A stretch of DNA of 62,791 nucleotides, filler included, from an uncultured Methanoregulaceae archaeon (GCA_964530035.1; 17 parts of 17 records of this genome joined end to end with filler, not necessarily neighbours in it); one strand, 5' to 3'; counted from the whole stretch's first letter, positions 1 through 10,730 are shown. Notes: a model not told the origin generated them from the letters alone. Numbers and translations: made by a program.

Positions 1-317
1 TGAGACCGCCGCCGGGGCGCCCTTCGGGGGCGTGGGGGTATGCCCCCACTGAAGAGGTAATGGTTAGAGGATATCAGGAAACGAGAGGCTACGGTTATTT
101 GGCACGGTCTGGAAGCATTCAAAAACGCCTGAAAAATTTCAGATCCCATTTCTTTAAACATGCAGATTAACTGCTCATTATGTCAGGCAAGGAAGAATTA
201 TTCGTGAAAAATGAGATTTTTAGTTCCGCTAAAATCTTTTCTCTCTTCATTTTTTTTTACCCTGCTATAAGTGACCTCCATCAGCTGTAATTCCAATCAT
301 AGGATCTCAACAGAGCC
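1..317 (+). mobile_element. MITE-like repeat, copy A (right portion, truncated by contig start)
   Basis: 1-225 aligns by eye to 2588-2830, and 65-317 is a near reverse complement of 34416-34668. Ends in the inverted-repeat end AGGATCTCAACAGAGCC (301-317). Confidence 0.85.
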
Positions 318-476
318 CTTTTTCACCGATAACCGCTGTTTTTTATATCAGAATGCCTTCCGTTCCCTGATGATCAACCACCCGTAACCGCTAAATAACG
401 CCCTGCGTATGGAATAGTACACCCGGACTGAGCAGCCCGCCATAAGGGTGCAGATACAGGAAGAAAAGGAACAACC

Positions 477-1271
477 ATGGTCACCCTTGTCGATGTCCCG
501 GGCTATACAGGCCTTGCCCTTGCCTTCGGGCTGATGGCCGTGGCGGTGCTCCTTCTCTTCAGGAAAAATCTTCGGAAAGGGTACCGCCTCGTGCTGCTTG
601 CCGTCATCTCTGTTGCCGGCCTCTTCCTCCTGGCCCCGATGACCCCCATCATGTTCATGGTGCTCGTGTACCGGATCCCGGGGTCGTCCGTCCCGTTCCT
701 TGCAGCCGTCCTGGCTGTCACCCTCGTCATGGCGATAACTATCGTATTCGGGAGGGTGTTCTGCGGGTACGGATGCCCGCTCGGCGCGGTCCAGGAGATC
801 CCCTATTATCTCCCGGTCCAAAAAGTCGTCCTGAAACAGAACTACCTTCTCCTGGTCCTCCGGGGAGTCCTGATAACTCTCCTCTGCCTTGCCGCCTTCT
901 TTTTTGCCGCGAAGTACCTGATGACGAGCATGGTCCTCCTCCGCGGGGCACGGAGTATCTTTGTCTCACCGGAGCTGACGCTTCCCCTCTTCCTGTTCAT
1001 AGCGGTCCTCGCCATGTCCGTTGTCCTCTACCGGCCGTTCTGCAGGTATGCCTGCCCGCTCGGTGCCCTTCTGTCGCTTGGCGCGTGGGTGAGCCGTTTC
1101 TCGCTGAAAAAGGGAACGGCCTGCACCCGGTGCGGTAAGTGCCAGGCAGCCTGTCCCACGGGAGAGATGGCCCAGGGACGGAGAGGAAACGAATGCTACC
1201 TCTGCGGACGCTGCCTTGACGCATGCCCGGTTGAAGGTGCCCTCACGTATGGAAGGAGGCGCGGGCTGTGA
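477..1271 (+). CDS. Membrane 4Fe-4S binding protein (NapH/MauN/RdxA-like)
   Basis: Several TM segments, two CxxxCP motifs (GRVFCGYGCPLG, RPFCRYACPLG) and two C-terminal CxxCxxCxxxCP ferredoxin motifs. Confidence 0.85.
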   Translation: MVTLVDVPGYTGLALAFGLMAVAVLLLFRKNLRKGYRLVLLAVISVAGLFLLAPMTPIMFMVLVYRIPGSSVPFLAAVLAVTLVMAITIVFGRVFCGYGCPLGAVQEIPYYLPVQKVVLKQNYLLLVLRGVLITLLCLAAFFFAAKYLMTSMVLLRGARSIFVSPELTLPLFLFIAVLAMSVVLYRPFCRYACPLGALLSLGAWVSRFSLKKGTACTRCGKCQAACPTGEMAQGRRGNECYLCGRCLDACPVEGALTYGRRRGL

Positions 1272-1413
1272 GCAGGGAGACTGATTCCAGGACGGAAAAA
1301 GGGAATGGTGGTGCCAGTTTCCCTACCCGTACCGGTGCGGGTGGCATAAAAAAATGACATTTTTCATCGGTATTCGTGTCCTGGCCTCCCTCTGTTTCAG
1401 GAGCGGCTTCCTT

Positions 1414-2142
1414 TCATGGTAAGGACTTTTTTACGGCAGGAGTGCCGCGGACAGGGACTGGATCAAGGCCGCCGTCGTGCCATACCATGACGAGGACCTC
1501 CTCCCCGGAATGAAACCGGCGGAGCATCTCATCGTATTTCTTCTGGACGTGTTTTTGGCTGTTCTCCCTGAAATATCGTTCCATGTATTCGAAAAAGGCG
1601 ATCTCCTGCATAAGGAACGCCTCCTCGTAGGCTATGGTCTCGCGGGCGGCTGTAAGGCACTCCTCCTCCGGGATATCCCCGTGGTAATCCCCGTGCAGGT
1701 CAAGACCGGAAAACTGCCGCCAGTCCATTGACCCGGTCTCGTCCGCCTCCCGGTGTATCATGTACGGGTAGACCCGGCAGATCGCCGGCCGGTCAGGATA
1801 GATCCTGCACCTCCCTGCATCAAGGAAAAAGCAGGAACCCGCGTCGTCGTCCTGTGCCCGAAGTGCATACCCGGCGACGTAAAATGTCCCGTTCCTGTCG
1901 CAGAACTCGTAATACGGGGCGGGTTCGAGGGCTGAAGGGTCAATCTCCAGGATCCGTTTCGCATCGCTGTCCAGGAGGAACACATGGTCGTTGAAGGCCC
2001 GTGTGCAGCATTGTGCGCAGGATGTACAGGTAAAGCCAATTTCTTTGATGATCCCGGCCAGGCGGTGCTCAGGGTACTCGCGGAGGTCTTTGAGGTCCTT
2101 CCGTCTCTCTGAGATCAGTTCTGGGATCGGGGTCAGCGACAA
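1414..2142 (-). CDS. YkgJ-family Cys-cluster (CxxCxxCC) protein
   Basis: GFTCTSCAQCC, CFFLDAGRCRIYPDRPAICRVYP. Paralog of 57780-58535. Confidence 0.85.
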   Translation of the reverse strand: MSLTPIPELISERRKDLKDLREYPEHRLAGIIKEIGFTCTSCAQCCTRAFNDHVFLLDSDAKRILEIDPSALEPAPYYEFCDRNGTFYVAGYALRAQDDDAGSCFFLDAGRCRIYPDRPAICRVYPYMIHREADETGSMDWRQFSGLDLHGDYHGDIPEEECLTAARETIAYEEAFLMQEIAFFEYMERYFRENSQKHVQKKYDEMLRRFHSGEEVLVMVWHDGGLDPVPVRGTPAVKKSLP

Positions 2143-2201
2143 ACCCGGCTCACTTCCTGTTCGTGGAATGCATGGGTCATGGCCGGATAACTGGTTTCCG
2201 G

Positions 2202-2841
2202 GACATTGTTGAAATCCTTCACACCTTCAATTTTATTCTCCCCATTATGGGAGATCTCCATCAGCTACAATTTCATTGATAGGATTTCCCATGATAATGC
2301 TAAAAATGGCCTCATAATATGGATATTTTGCATGGGAGTTTTCATGGTTCGGGTGCGAAGTCCCGTTCATGTGTGTTTCACCAGAGCCTATTTTTTGGTT
2401 TTAAAGTCGAACAGGCAGAGGATTAGAGGGATTAGGACAGGGGGGCTGTCGCCCCCCCAGACCCCCTGCATACGATAGCCGTGGCAAGCCGTTGGCGATT
2501 CGTTTATTGGGCCGGTTTGTGGTTTGATTTTGTAGTTGTTACTCTTCAGCGAGGTTTTTTTCAGATAGAACTATTCATGAAAGGCTGTGAGATCGACGCC
2601 GGGGTACCCTTCTGGGGCGGCGGTGTATCTTTTCGGGGGTGTGGGGGTATACCGCCACTGATGGGTTGATGTTTATCGGATATCGGGAAAGGTGACTACG
2701 GGTATCCGCAATCTTTGAATTATTCTGAAAGGTCTCGAAAATTTTCAGGTCTTGTTTCTCCAATCATGCAGATTACCTGACAATTATGTCCGGTAAGGAA
2801 GAATTATTCGTTAAAATTGAGATTTTTGGCTGGTATGAAAA
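2202..2841 (+). mobile_element. MITE-like repeat, copy B (longest copy, internal to a contig)
   Basis: 2202-2495 matches 62498-62791 and 2588-2830 matches 1-225. A TIR-bounded subunit spans 2202-2388 and ends TTTCACCAGAGCC. Confidence 0.85.
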
Positions 2842-2929
2842 ACATCCTGGAAGTCCGGCACCGTCATACCATTTCACTTTCGCGCTGCACGGCCCACCTC
2901 TTTATGCCTCCAGGGTGACTTTTGCCCCA

Positions 2930-3953
2930 GTGATTGGCAAGGCATCGTACCTGAGACAGATCACCTCTTCGCTCCCGTTCCGGTCGGTCCGGGTCGGGAC
3001 CTCCCTCGAGGGGAGCTGCCCGCCATCGGTCTTCATTGGGAGCCACAACTACCCGAAGGTCCAGGCCGGGCCCATGATAGCCCCGACCGAGGGGGACACG
3101 GTGTTTATGGACACTCCGGAGGGCTGGCTCCCTGCCAGGAGGACCCAGGAGGAGATCCTGGGCTTCCGGCTTTCCCTCGTGAGGGGAAAACACCCGGTTA
3201 ACGCGGTGCACCCGGAGGGCCGGTTCATCGAGAGCCTCCAGGACATCGCACTCTCCGGGACCTCGAAGAAAAGCCGGGTGGAGTTTGGATATACTCCCCA
3301 GGGCTTTTCCTTCTCCCAGGAAAACACCCCGCACGGGCCGAGCGCCCCCATCCGGACGCTTGACATTGGGGCGTCTCCCTGGGACCGGGACCTCGAGAGG
3401 GTCTTCTACGACACCGACCTTGCCGCATCTGATGCGATGATGGCGCTCCATGCAAAAGGCGTCGCTTTTTCACGCATCCAGAAAGCCCTTTCCGTAGGGA
3501 CGATGGGGACCGGTCGCCGGCGGAGGCTTGTCCCGACCAGGTGGTCCATCACCGCCGCCGACAGCACAATCGGAAACCGGCTCCTTGAAGAAGTACGGGA
3601 GTACGAGGTCATCGACGAGGTCCGTATCCACGAGTTTTCCAGCCTTCACAACCACTACGCCGTCATCCTCATCCCCACTCCCTGGCAGTACGAATGGGCG
3701 GAGGCGTTCGTTCATGTGAAAGGAAATGAAGAGCTGGTGTTTGCCGACCACGAGGGGATGAAGGGCAAGAAGGGGTACTCGACGGTCGGAGGGTGCTTCT
3801 ATTCCTGCCGGATGGCCGTCCTCGAGGCGCTGGCGCGGGAACAGGTCCAGGCCGGGGCGATTGTACTGCGTGAGGCGACGAGCGGTTATATCCCGATGGG
3901 GGTATTCAATGTCAGGGAAAACGTACGGAACGCCATGTTATCAGAGCCGGTTT
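2930..3953 (+). CDS. nreA: Archaeal DNA repair protein Nre family (3' truncated)
   Basis: GSCPPSVFIGSHNYPKV, RRLVPTRWSITAAD and GVFNVRENVRNA motifs. GTG start at 2930 chosen because the start of the longer ORF (2786) lies inside the repeat. Confidence 0.85.
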
Positions 3954-4053
3954 NNNNNNNNNNNNNNNNNNNNNNNNNNNNNNNNNNNNNNNNNNNNTTA
4001 ATTAATTAANNNNNNNNNNNNNNNNNNNNNNNNNNNNNNNNNNNNNNNNNNNN
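3954..4053. other. Artificial contig linker (first of 16)
   Basis: N44-TTAATTAATTAA-N44. Others start at 7939, 11922, 15850, 19768, 23595, 27376, 31027, 34669, 38309, 41924, 45524, 49098, 52583, 56067 and 59499. Confidence 0.98.
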
Positions 4054-5079
4054 ATCGGTCCGTTCATCCTGACGACCGCGATAGCCACGACCATCGGGAC
4101 CGGGATCCTGACATCCCCGGCCCTCACCGCCCCGGTCCTCGTCACGGCGATCATCTCGGCAATCATTCTCGTCCTCCTTGCCACGTTCCTCGGTTTTCCC
4201 GTCTCCTCGAGCCACGCGATGGTTGGCGGGATGATGGGGGCCGGGGTTGCCGCCGTAGGGATATCGGCACTCGTAAGCCCGGGATGGGGACCGGTCATCG
4301 GCCTCATCATGGTAGGGCTTACCGGAGCAGTCGCTGGTGCGTTGGCATTCGTGGCAATAGCCGTCCCCCTTCATGGCCCGCCACTGAAGGCGGCGTACTT
4401 CGGTGCCCTGTGCGGTATCACCCTGGCCGTACCCCTGGCCATGGCCACCGGGGTCCTCGTGCTCCACGGCATCCTCGCCATCGTCGTCTTTATCTTCATC
4501 TCCCCGATGCTCGGAGCATTTACAGCCTTCCTCTTTGACATCATCATCTCGCACCTCTTCAGGCACTCGCGGCAGAACCGCATGAAGCGGATATTCCAGC
4601 CCCTCCAGGTCGTGGCAAACGCATGGCAGGCGATCGGTCACGGCTCGAACGACGGGCAGCACGCAGTGGGGGTGATCACCGCCCTGCTGGTCGCGGAAGG
4701 GGTGCTTGCATCCTTTTCCGTGCCTCTCTGGGTAACTGTCTCGTCTGCGGCCGCCATCGCGTTCGGCACGGCGCTCGGTGGATGGTCGGTGATCGATGTC
4801 GTCGCCCGGAAGATCACCAAGATCCGCCCTTACCAGGGCTTCGCCGCTTCGACATCAGGGGCCGGCGTCCTCACCCTCATGACGTTTTCAGGTATTCCTG
4901 TCTCCTCGACCCATGTCATCAGCGGATCCATCGTCGGTGCCGGGGTCACGCGGGGGTGGCAGGCGGTGAACTGGACGATGGTCAGGGAGATCATCGGTGC
5001 CTGGATCATTACCATCCCGGCCGCCCTTGCCATCTCCTTCTGCCTGTACTGGGCAGCCAGGATAGTGGGACTGTTCTGA
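4054..5079 (+). CDS. Inorganic phosphate transporter, PiT family (5' truncated)
   Basis: GFPVSSSHAMVGG, HGSNDGQ and GIPVSSTHVISGSIVGAG signatures. Confidence 0.9.
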   Translation: MGPFILTTAIATTIGTGILTSPALTAPVLVTAIISAIILVLLATFLGFPVSSSHAMVGGMMGAGVAAVGISALVSPGWGPVIGLIMVGLTGAVAGALAFVAIAVPLHGPPLKAAYFGALCGITLAVPLAMATGVLVLHGILAIVVFIFISPMLGAFTAFLFDIIISHLFRHSRQNRMKRIFQPLQVVANAWQAIGHGSNDGQHAVGVITALLVAEGVLASFSVPLWVTVSSAAAIAFGTALGGWSVIDVVARKITKIRPYQGFAASTSGAGVLTLMTFSGIPVSSTHVISGSIVGAGVTRGWQAVNWTMVREIIGAWIITIPAALAISFCLYWAARIVGLF

Positions 5080-5221
5080 CCAGGTGTCGGTTACCGAGGG
5101 AGCCTTGCATGACAGGTGAACCACCGTGCCTCATGTGGTGCACCAGACCGGCGGACTCCCCGGTTCCCGGATATGCTGCGCAACCTATTCACGGTGAGGG
5201 GTATACTCCTGAAGAGAAGGT

Positions 5222-6174
5222 ATGATCCAGGAACTACGGACACGGACATTTAACCGGCCCAGGATAGTTCTTAGCAAATGCATCGAGATCTGCCCCTGCC
5301 GCTACGACGGGGCGGTGGTGAAAAGCCCGGTCGTCCGAAGGCTCGGGGAGTTCGTTGATTTCGTCCCGGTATGCCCCGAGGTCGGCATCGGACTCGGCAT
5401 CCCGAGAAAACCGGTCCGAATCATCAGGACGGACGGGGCCGACCACCTCATCCAGCCGGCAACGGGGCGGGATGTCACCGGAGAGATGACCGCATTCTGT
5501 TCCGGGTTCCTCGACGAGATCGGGGAAGTCGATGGCTTCATCCTCAAGAACAAGTCCCCGAGCTCGGGGCTGTACGACGTCAAGGTCTACCCATCCCCTG
5601 ACTCCCGGGTCCCGATCGCAAAGGGAGCAGGCTTTTTCGGACGTGCCGTCCTCGGACGCTTTCCCCTTCTCCCTGCTGAGGACGATGGCCGTCTCCGCGA
5701 GCCCCGGATCCTTGAACACTTCCTCACCCGGGTCTTCACGCTCGCTGACTGGCGAAAGGTCAGGTCCCAGCCATCTGCCGGGAGGCTCATCCGGTTTCAT
5801 ACGGAAAACAAGCTCCTCCTGATGGCCCACAGCCAGGAGGCCACCCGGGAGATGGGGCGGGTCGTCGCCAGGGACCCGGGCTCAGACATCGTCACGGCGG
5901 TTATGGGATACGAAGGGCTNNNNNNNNNNAGCACGCATTCGGACACGTTTCCGGCGGGCTTTCAGCGGCGGAAAAGCAGTACTTCCTTTCTGAACTGGAC
6001 CGGTACCGTGAAGGCCGGATCCCTGCGGTATACCTGAAAAACATCCTCAAAGCCTGGATCATCAGGTTCGGGACGACAACCCTGGCCAACCAGACCTTCT
6101 TCGCCCCGTTCCCTGACCGGCTCGCCGAACCCGATACGCCGGAAACGGAGCAGGAGGAGCGGCTCTGGAGTTAG
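5222..6174 (+). CDS. DUF523/DUF1722 (YbgA-like) protein, interrupted by a 10-N gap
   Basis: CRYDG, VCPEVGIGLGIPR and ILKNKSPSSG. After the gap another frame continues HAFGHVSG...NQTFFAPFP to TAG at 6172-6174. Confidence 0.85.
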
Positions 6175-6187
6175 ACTGCGGCTGTCC

Positions 6188-6460
6188 TTATTCCGGTCCG
6201 GATGAGGGTGCCGTGTCCCCGGCCTTCCCTGCAGTCAGGCGGTTGTAGAGCTCCTCGCCAAGACACTCGCGTGCATGCTTGCACCACTGTGCGCAGGTAA
6301 GGTCGTCGTTGTAGATCTCCGTCCCGCACCCCGGGCATGCGACCTTGACATCCGTCGAGAAGACCTCCACCTCTTCACCGCATTCCGGGCACTTCTTTAT
6401 TTTCAGGGTCGGGGTTTTCAGGTTTAATGCCCCGGGGCAGTGATCATACAGCATATCCAC
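6188..6460 (-). CDS. Small zinc-ribbon/Cys-rich protein
   Basis: CPG...CPECGEEVEVFS...CPGCG...CAQWCKHARECLG. Confidence 0.75.
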   Translation of the reverse strand: MDMLYDHCPGALNLKTPTLKIKKCPECGEEVEVFSTDVKVACPGCGTEIYNDDLTCAQWCKHARECLGEELYNRLTAGKAGDTAPSSGPE

Positions 6461-6923
6461 GGTGTACTGGGCGTTTTGAGCATATGAGGATGATGAAGGG
6501 GGACTTCATTCCTTCAATTTCCAGGAACCAACCGGTACAGGCCCTGTCATACCACGGAATCGAACAGGGACCCCTGACATCTTTCAAAAATGCCCTATCC
6601 AAACCCTCTTCCAGGGTCTGCACAACGGAAGACTGGAAAAGAATCGAAGGCTTCGTTATTCACTTCCTGATCCAGGGAGAGGTCGGAAAGATACGTGAGA
6701 GTGGTAAGGAGGACTAGTGGTTCATGCCTGTATATCGGGATGAACCATAGTGCTTCAACAGGTTTCATCTGGAACACTTACCCAACAGTACAAAATTCCG
6801 GTTTCATTACCCATTACAAGAGATACCGTTGCCGGTTGACTTTACTATCTCTCATCTTTGCCGGGCAAATTGTTAATTAATTGTGAAATAAGCCGCATTG
6901 AGGAAGGATTCGCTTTGGCTTTT

Positions 6924-7938
6924 ATGAATCGCGTTCTAACAGGTATCGCTCTGATAACTACGATACTTGCTGTTTTTGCTGCTGGTCCTGTTTCTGCCGG
7001 CTTCTTCGGCGAAGATACCCTGGCTTTTGCAGCCCCGTTCAAGCTTGTTGAAGCAAACACTCTGTCAGATACGGCCACTCTTTCCTGGGATCCCCTGAAA
7101 ACCCCCTGTCCCTGGAACGAGACCTGGTGTGTAAAGGACTCCAAACCGGTTAAAAAAACCCGGATAATGGTCGATCTGGGACATGCCGAGCGCATAACCC
7201 TTGACGGTGCGGTGTCGCCCAACCTTGACCGTTCCTCGAACAATCGCCTCTTTGACTGGCAGGACTGGGCAAAGGACATGCGGGCAAGGGGTTACACGGT
7301 ATCGGTCATAACGAAAAACCCTGTAACCCCCCAGGACCTCCTCGGTGCAGACCTCTTCATCGTGGCACAGCCCGATTCAGGCAAGGCGGGCCCTGTCTAC
7401 TTCTCCCAGACTGAGAAAGATGCCATTGCCTGTTTTGTCCTCCGGGGGAACACGCTGCTCGTCATGGCCCAGCAGTTCATGGGGGGCAAGGACCAGACCA
7501 GCTTTGCAAGCGACATGAAAACAACCTATGCCTCTGCCCTTGTCACAAATGACCTCCTGGAAGGCATCCATGTCAAGGGGAGGTTTACCGAAGGAAATGT
7601 CCAGGGCCAGGTTCTCGACCTCATGGACTCGGACAACGAAAAGACCCAGGTCTTTGCAGGTAAACCCCCTGACATCTGGCTTCCTGCCGACGGACTCAAA
7701 CCTGATATGAAACCGGACACCTTCGCGTATTTCCACGGGCTCTCAATCGTTCCCTCATCAGTGACACCCCTTGTCAGGGCTGACACCATGACCTTCACCT
7801 CGCCGAAGAACTCCCAGTATACACCGGTAATCCAGCCTGAGGGCAGCAGGCCTGTCGCCATCGGGGTCAACGGCCTGGGCTGCGGAAAGGTGTACCTCCA
7901 TGGCGATCCGTCCGCCTGGCAGACTAAATCATTCATCG
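6924..7938 (+). CDS. Secreted hypothetical protein with possible GATase-like/DUF4350-like domain (3' truncated)
   Basis: N-terminal signal peptide; IMVDLGHAE, LLGADLFIVAQP, EKDAIACFVLRG and GCGKVYLHGD pattern. Confidence 0.6.
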
Positions 7939-8038
7939 NNNNNNNNNNNNNNNNNNNNNNNNNNNNNNNNNNNNNNNNNNNNTTAATTAATTAANNNNNN
8001 NNNNNNNNNNNNNNNNNNNNNNNNNNNNNNNNNNNNNN

Positions 8039-8109
8039 AAGACCCTCCAGGAACCGGTCTTCCCGGCGGCTCCATGGACCGGCCGGGCCATTGCAAGTCT
8101 TTCCCTCAT
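8039..8109 (-). CDS. porD: 2-oxoacid:ferredoxin oxidoreductase delta subunit, N-terminal fragment
   Basis: ATG overlaps the porC stop; reads MRERLAMARPVHGAAGKTGSWRV (KTGSWR signature). Confidence 0.75.
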
Positions 8110-8633
8110 AATGCCAGCTCCTTGAATGCTTCTTCCGCAGCACGCGTGTTCCTTTCGTCGGGAAACATCTCTGATATCGCCTTTTTCGCGGACTCCACAG
8201 TGATAACCCCCATCTTTGCGAGGGCACCCAGGACCGGTGTGTTCAGGATTGGGCTCCCGGCCACGACCAGGCTGTTTCGGAGGGCGATGCCGGTCAGGTC
8301 CACATGGTAGGTCTTGTGGCCCCCGACAGGTTCTGAACAGGCTGCGTTGAGAAACACCGAACCATCAGGCTTCAGGCCGTGAAGGACGTCCACTGAGTCC
8401 ATCACGCTGCTGTCAAGGACAACCACGAGGTCGGGACTCGCGATCTGGCTGTAAATCTTGATCGGCAGGTCATCTATCCTGACGAAAGAGACAACGGGCG
8501 CACCACGGCGTTCAGCCCCGTAAAAGGGGAATGCTGTCGCATACTTGCCGTCACGGAACGCGGCAAGGGCTATCAGACGTGCGGCGGTCACCCCGCCCTG
8601 ACCTCCACGGGAGTGGATGCGTATCTCGTACAT
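8106..8633 (-). CDS. porC: Pyruvate/2-oxoacid:ferredoxin oxidoreductase gamma subunit
   Basis: EIRIHSRGGQGGVTAA, FPFYGAERRGAPV. Confidence 0.92.
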   Translation of the reverse strand: MYEIRIHSRGGQGGVTAARLIALAAFRDGKYATAFPFYGAERRGAPVVSFVRIDDLPIKIYSQIASPDLVVVLDSSVMDSVDVLHGLKPDGSVFLNAACSEPVGGHKTYHVDLTGIALRNSLVVAGSPILNTPVLGALAKMGVITVESAKKAISEMFPDERNTRAAEEAFKELAL

Positions 8634-9739
8634 CAGGCCTTCACCCCGAACCAGTGTTCAGTACCTGGTCTTCTGTCACGGACGAATGCAGCGATATCGT
8701 TGTATGTGACCTCCTGGCCGCCAAGACCCGCGATTACGCTGGAGATGTTGCAGGAGTGCCTGGCCCTGATGGAATCAGCAAGGATCCCCCCGAAACCAAA
8801 GGAATAGTCCCTGTCGATGACGACGACGTCCCTCCCCCTGATGTCAAGGTCGGGGAACGGCCTGAACCATCTGATACGGAGTGACCCGGCTTTAACACCT
8901 TCTTTTCTCAGTACATCGACCGCGACCTCAGCCTCCTTGCCAAGCGTCCCCATGGCAATGACCAGCACGTCGGCGTCCTCGCACCGGTACTCCTCAGTCA
9001 TGCCATACGCACGGTTGAATCGTTCTGCGAACATTCGCTGGGCCTCGTCAATCACGGCTTCCGAGTCCCGGATGGAGCGCTCGATATCCCACCGGAACCT
9101 GAAATAATCGTCCGGACCGGTCATGGGGCCGTACCCGCAGGGATTCTCCACGTCGATGGCGTGTGGGAGTGATATTGGTGGGAGATAATCACCCGGTGTG
9201 ACGGTTTCAAGGGACTGGAAGGTATGTGACAGGGTAAACCCGTCGAGGTTCACCATGACCGGGAGGAGCACCCTGTTGTCCTCGGCGATCCTGAACGCCA
9301 TCAGGGTGGCATCAAAAGCCTCCTGGACGGTGCTGACATACACCTGGAGCCATCCCGTGTCCCGCTCCTGGAGAGAGTCCGTGTGTTCGGCCCAGATGTT
9401 CCAGCCAGGCCCGAGGGCACGGTTTACATTTGCCATAACGATAGGCAGCCTGGCTGCTGCGGCCCAGTTTACCATCTCATGCATGTAGAGGAGGCCGTGG
9501 GAGCTTGTGGCCGTAAAGGTCCTCACACCGGTGATACTCGCACCGATACAGGCAGCCATCGCCGAATGCTCACTTTCAACAGGGATATATGCCGCTGACA
9601 GTCCCCCTGCGTCCACGTAATCGGCGATGGTCTCGACTATCTCGGTCTGGGGGGTAATCGGGTAGGCTGCCACGACTGAAGGCTTCGCCTCCTTGACGGC
9701 GGCGGCTACGGCCTTGTTGCCTGTTGCAATCGTCAGCAT
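8633..9739 (-). CDS. porA: Pyruvate/2-oxoacid:ferredoxin oxidoreductase alpha subunit
   Basis: AYPITPQT, VESEHSAMAACIGA, TATSSHGL. Confidence 0.93.
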   Translation of the reverse strand: MLTIATGNKAVAAAVKEAKPSVVAAYPITPQTEIVETIADYVDAGGLSAAYIPVESEHSAMAACIGASITGVRTFTATSSHGLLYMHEMVNWAAAARLPIVMANVNRALGPGWNIWAEHTDSLQERDTGWLQVYVSTVQEAFDATLMAFRIAEDNRVLLPVMVNLDGFTLSHTFQSLETVTPGDYLPPISLPHAIDVENPCGYGPMTGPDDYFRFRWDIERSIRDSEAVIDEAQRMFAERFNRAYGMTEEYRCEDADVLVIAMGTLGKEAEVAVDVLRKEGVKAGSLRIRWFRPFPDLDIRGRDVVVIDRDYSFGFGGILADSIRARHSCNISSVIAGLGGQEVTYNDIAAFVRDRRPGTEHWFGVKA

Positions 9740-10614
9740 GGCCCTGCAACCTCCTGCTCCAGTTTTCTCCAGTTCCGTTCCATGGACCGCCTGAGTTCAG
9801 CCAGGGCGGCCTCGTCGAGGCCCTTGAACCTGCCCTGGGGCTTCAGGTACTCCTCAAGTGCCAGCGGTTTCTTCCTGGCCGCCTTTGAAGCGGCACTGAT
9901 GGAAAGATTGTCGTACTCCCGTTCATACAGGACCCAGATCCCGGTTTTTACCGCCAGTTTACCCATTTCGACCGTCTTCTCCGAGGAATACCGCCATCCT
10001 GGAGGACATGGGGCGAGGATGTGGATGAATGTCGGACCCCTGACCGAGAGGGCCTTTCTGACCTTCTTGAACAGGTCCTGCGGGTAAGCGCTGCATGCCG
10101 TAGCCATGTACGGGATATTGTGTGCAGCTACAATCCTGTCGAGATCTTTCTTCGAATGGATCTTTCCACCGGGTGTCGTGGTAGTCCTCGCCCCCCGGGG
10201 GGTGGATCCTGACCTTTGCATCCCGGTGTTACCATAGGCTTCGTTGTCGTAGCAGATGTACAGGAAATCGGTCTCACGCTCAAGGGCACCTGAAAGGGCC
10301 TGTATCCCTATATCGACCGTCCCCCCGTCGCCCCCATAGGCGATGACGTTCGTCTTTCTGCCCATTGAGCGAAACGCCGCCGACATGCCGGAAGCCGTTG
10401 CCGCAGCCGATGCGAATGCAACATTGAAGACAGGGACACCGAACGCGGTGTTCGGGTAGATTCCCTGCATCACGCTTGTACAGCAGGCGGGCACAACAAG
10501 GACCGTGTCCGGCCCGGCCGCCTTGAGGACATACCGGAGCCCGAGCACCGCTCCGCAACCGGCGCACGCCGTTGAACATTTTCTCAAAAATTCCTGGGTG
10601 GGGATCTCTGTCAT
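9733..10614 (-). CDS. porB: Pyruvate/2-oxoacid:ferredoxin oxidoreductase beta subunit (TPP-binding)
   Basis: ACAGCG, GGDGGTVDIG, YDNEAYGNTGMQRS, PCPPGW. Confidence 0.93.
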   Translation of the reverse strand: MTEIPTQEFLRKCSTACAGCGAVLGLRYVLKAAGPDTVLVVPACCTSVMQGIYPNTAFGVPVFNVAFASAAATASGMSAAFRSMGRKTNVIAYGGDGGTVDIGIQALSGALERETDFLYICYDNEAYGNTGMQRSGSTPRGARTTTTPGGKIHSKKDLDRIVAAHNIPYMATACSAYPQDLFKKVRKALSVRGPTFIHILAPCPPGWRYSSEKTVEMGKLAVKTGIWVLYEREYDNLSISAASKAARKKPLALEEYLKPQGRFKGLDEAALAELRRSMERNWRKLEQEVAGPC

Positions 10615-10730
10615 CTCAGTATCAGCCGATCAGGTTGTCCATCATCACTCATAACGGTTCGGAAACGGAAAGTTCCTTTTATGGGTCAAAACAGGACAGA
10701 TATCCCCGGACACGAGGACTTCCATCCTGG

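Noticed and set aside
2206..2763. Short ORFs inside repeat copies (also 31079-31279, 57593-57820, 62541-62783)
   Set aside because: Frames and stops are not conserved between copies, and there are no transposase motifs.
2786..2929. N-terminal extension of Nre (MSGKEELFVKIEIF...)
   Set aside because: Its start lies in the repeat; near-identical DNA occurs at 180-220 and in copy D.
3954..4053. Recurring TTAATTAATTAA within N-runs
   Set aside because: Artificial all-frame-stop linker, not biological. ORFs ending in X...LIN are artefacts, and cross-linker neighbourhoods were ignored.
5920..5929. Apparent frameshift in the DUF523/DUF1722 gene
   Set aside because: It coincides with a 10-N scaffold gap of arbitrary length.
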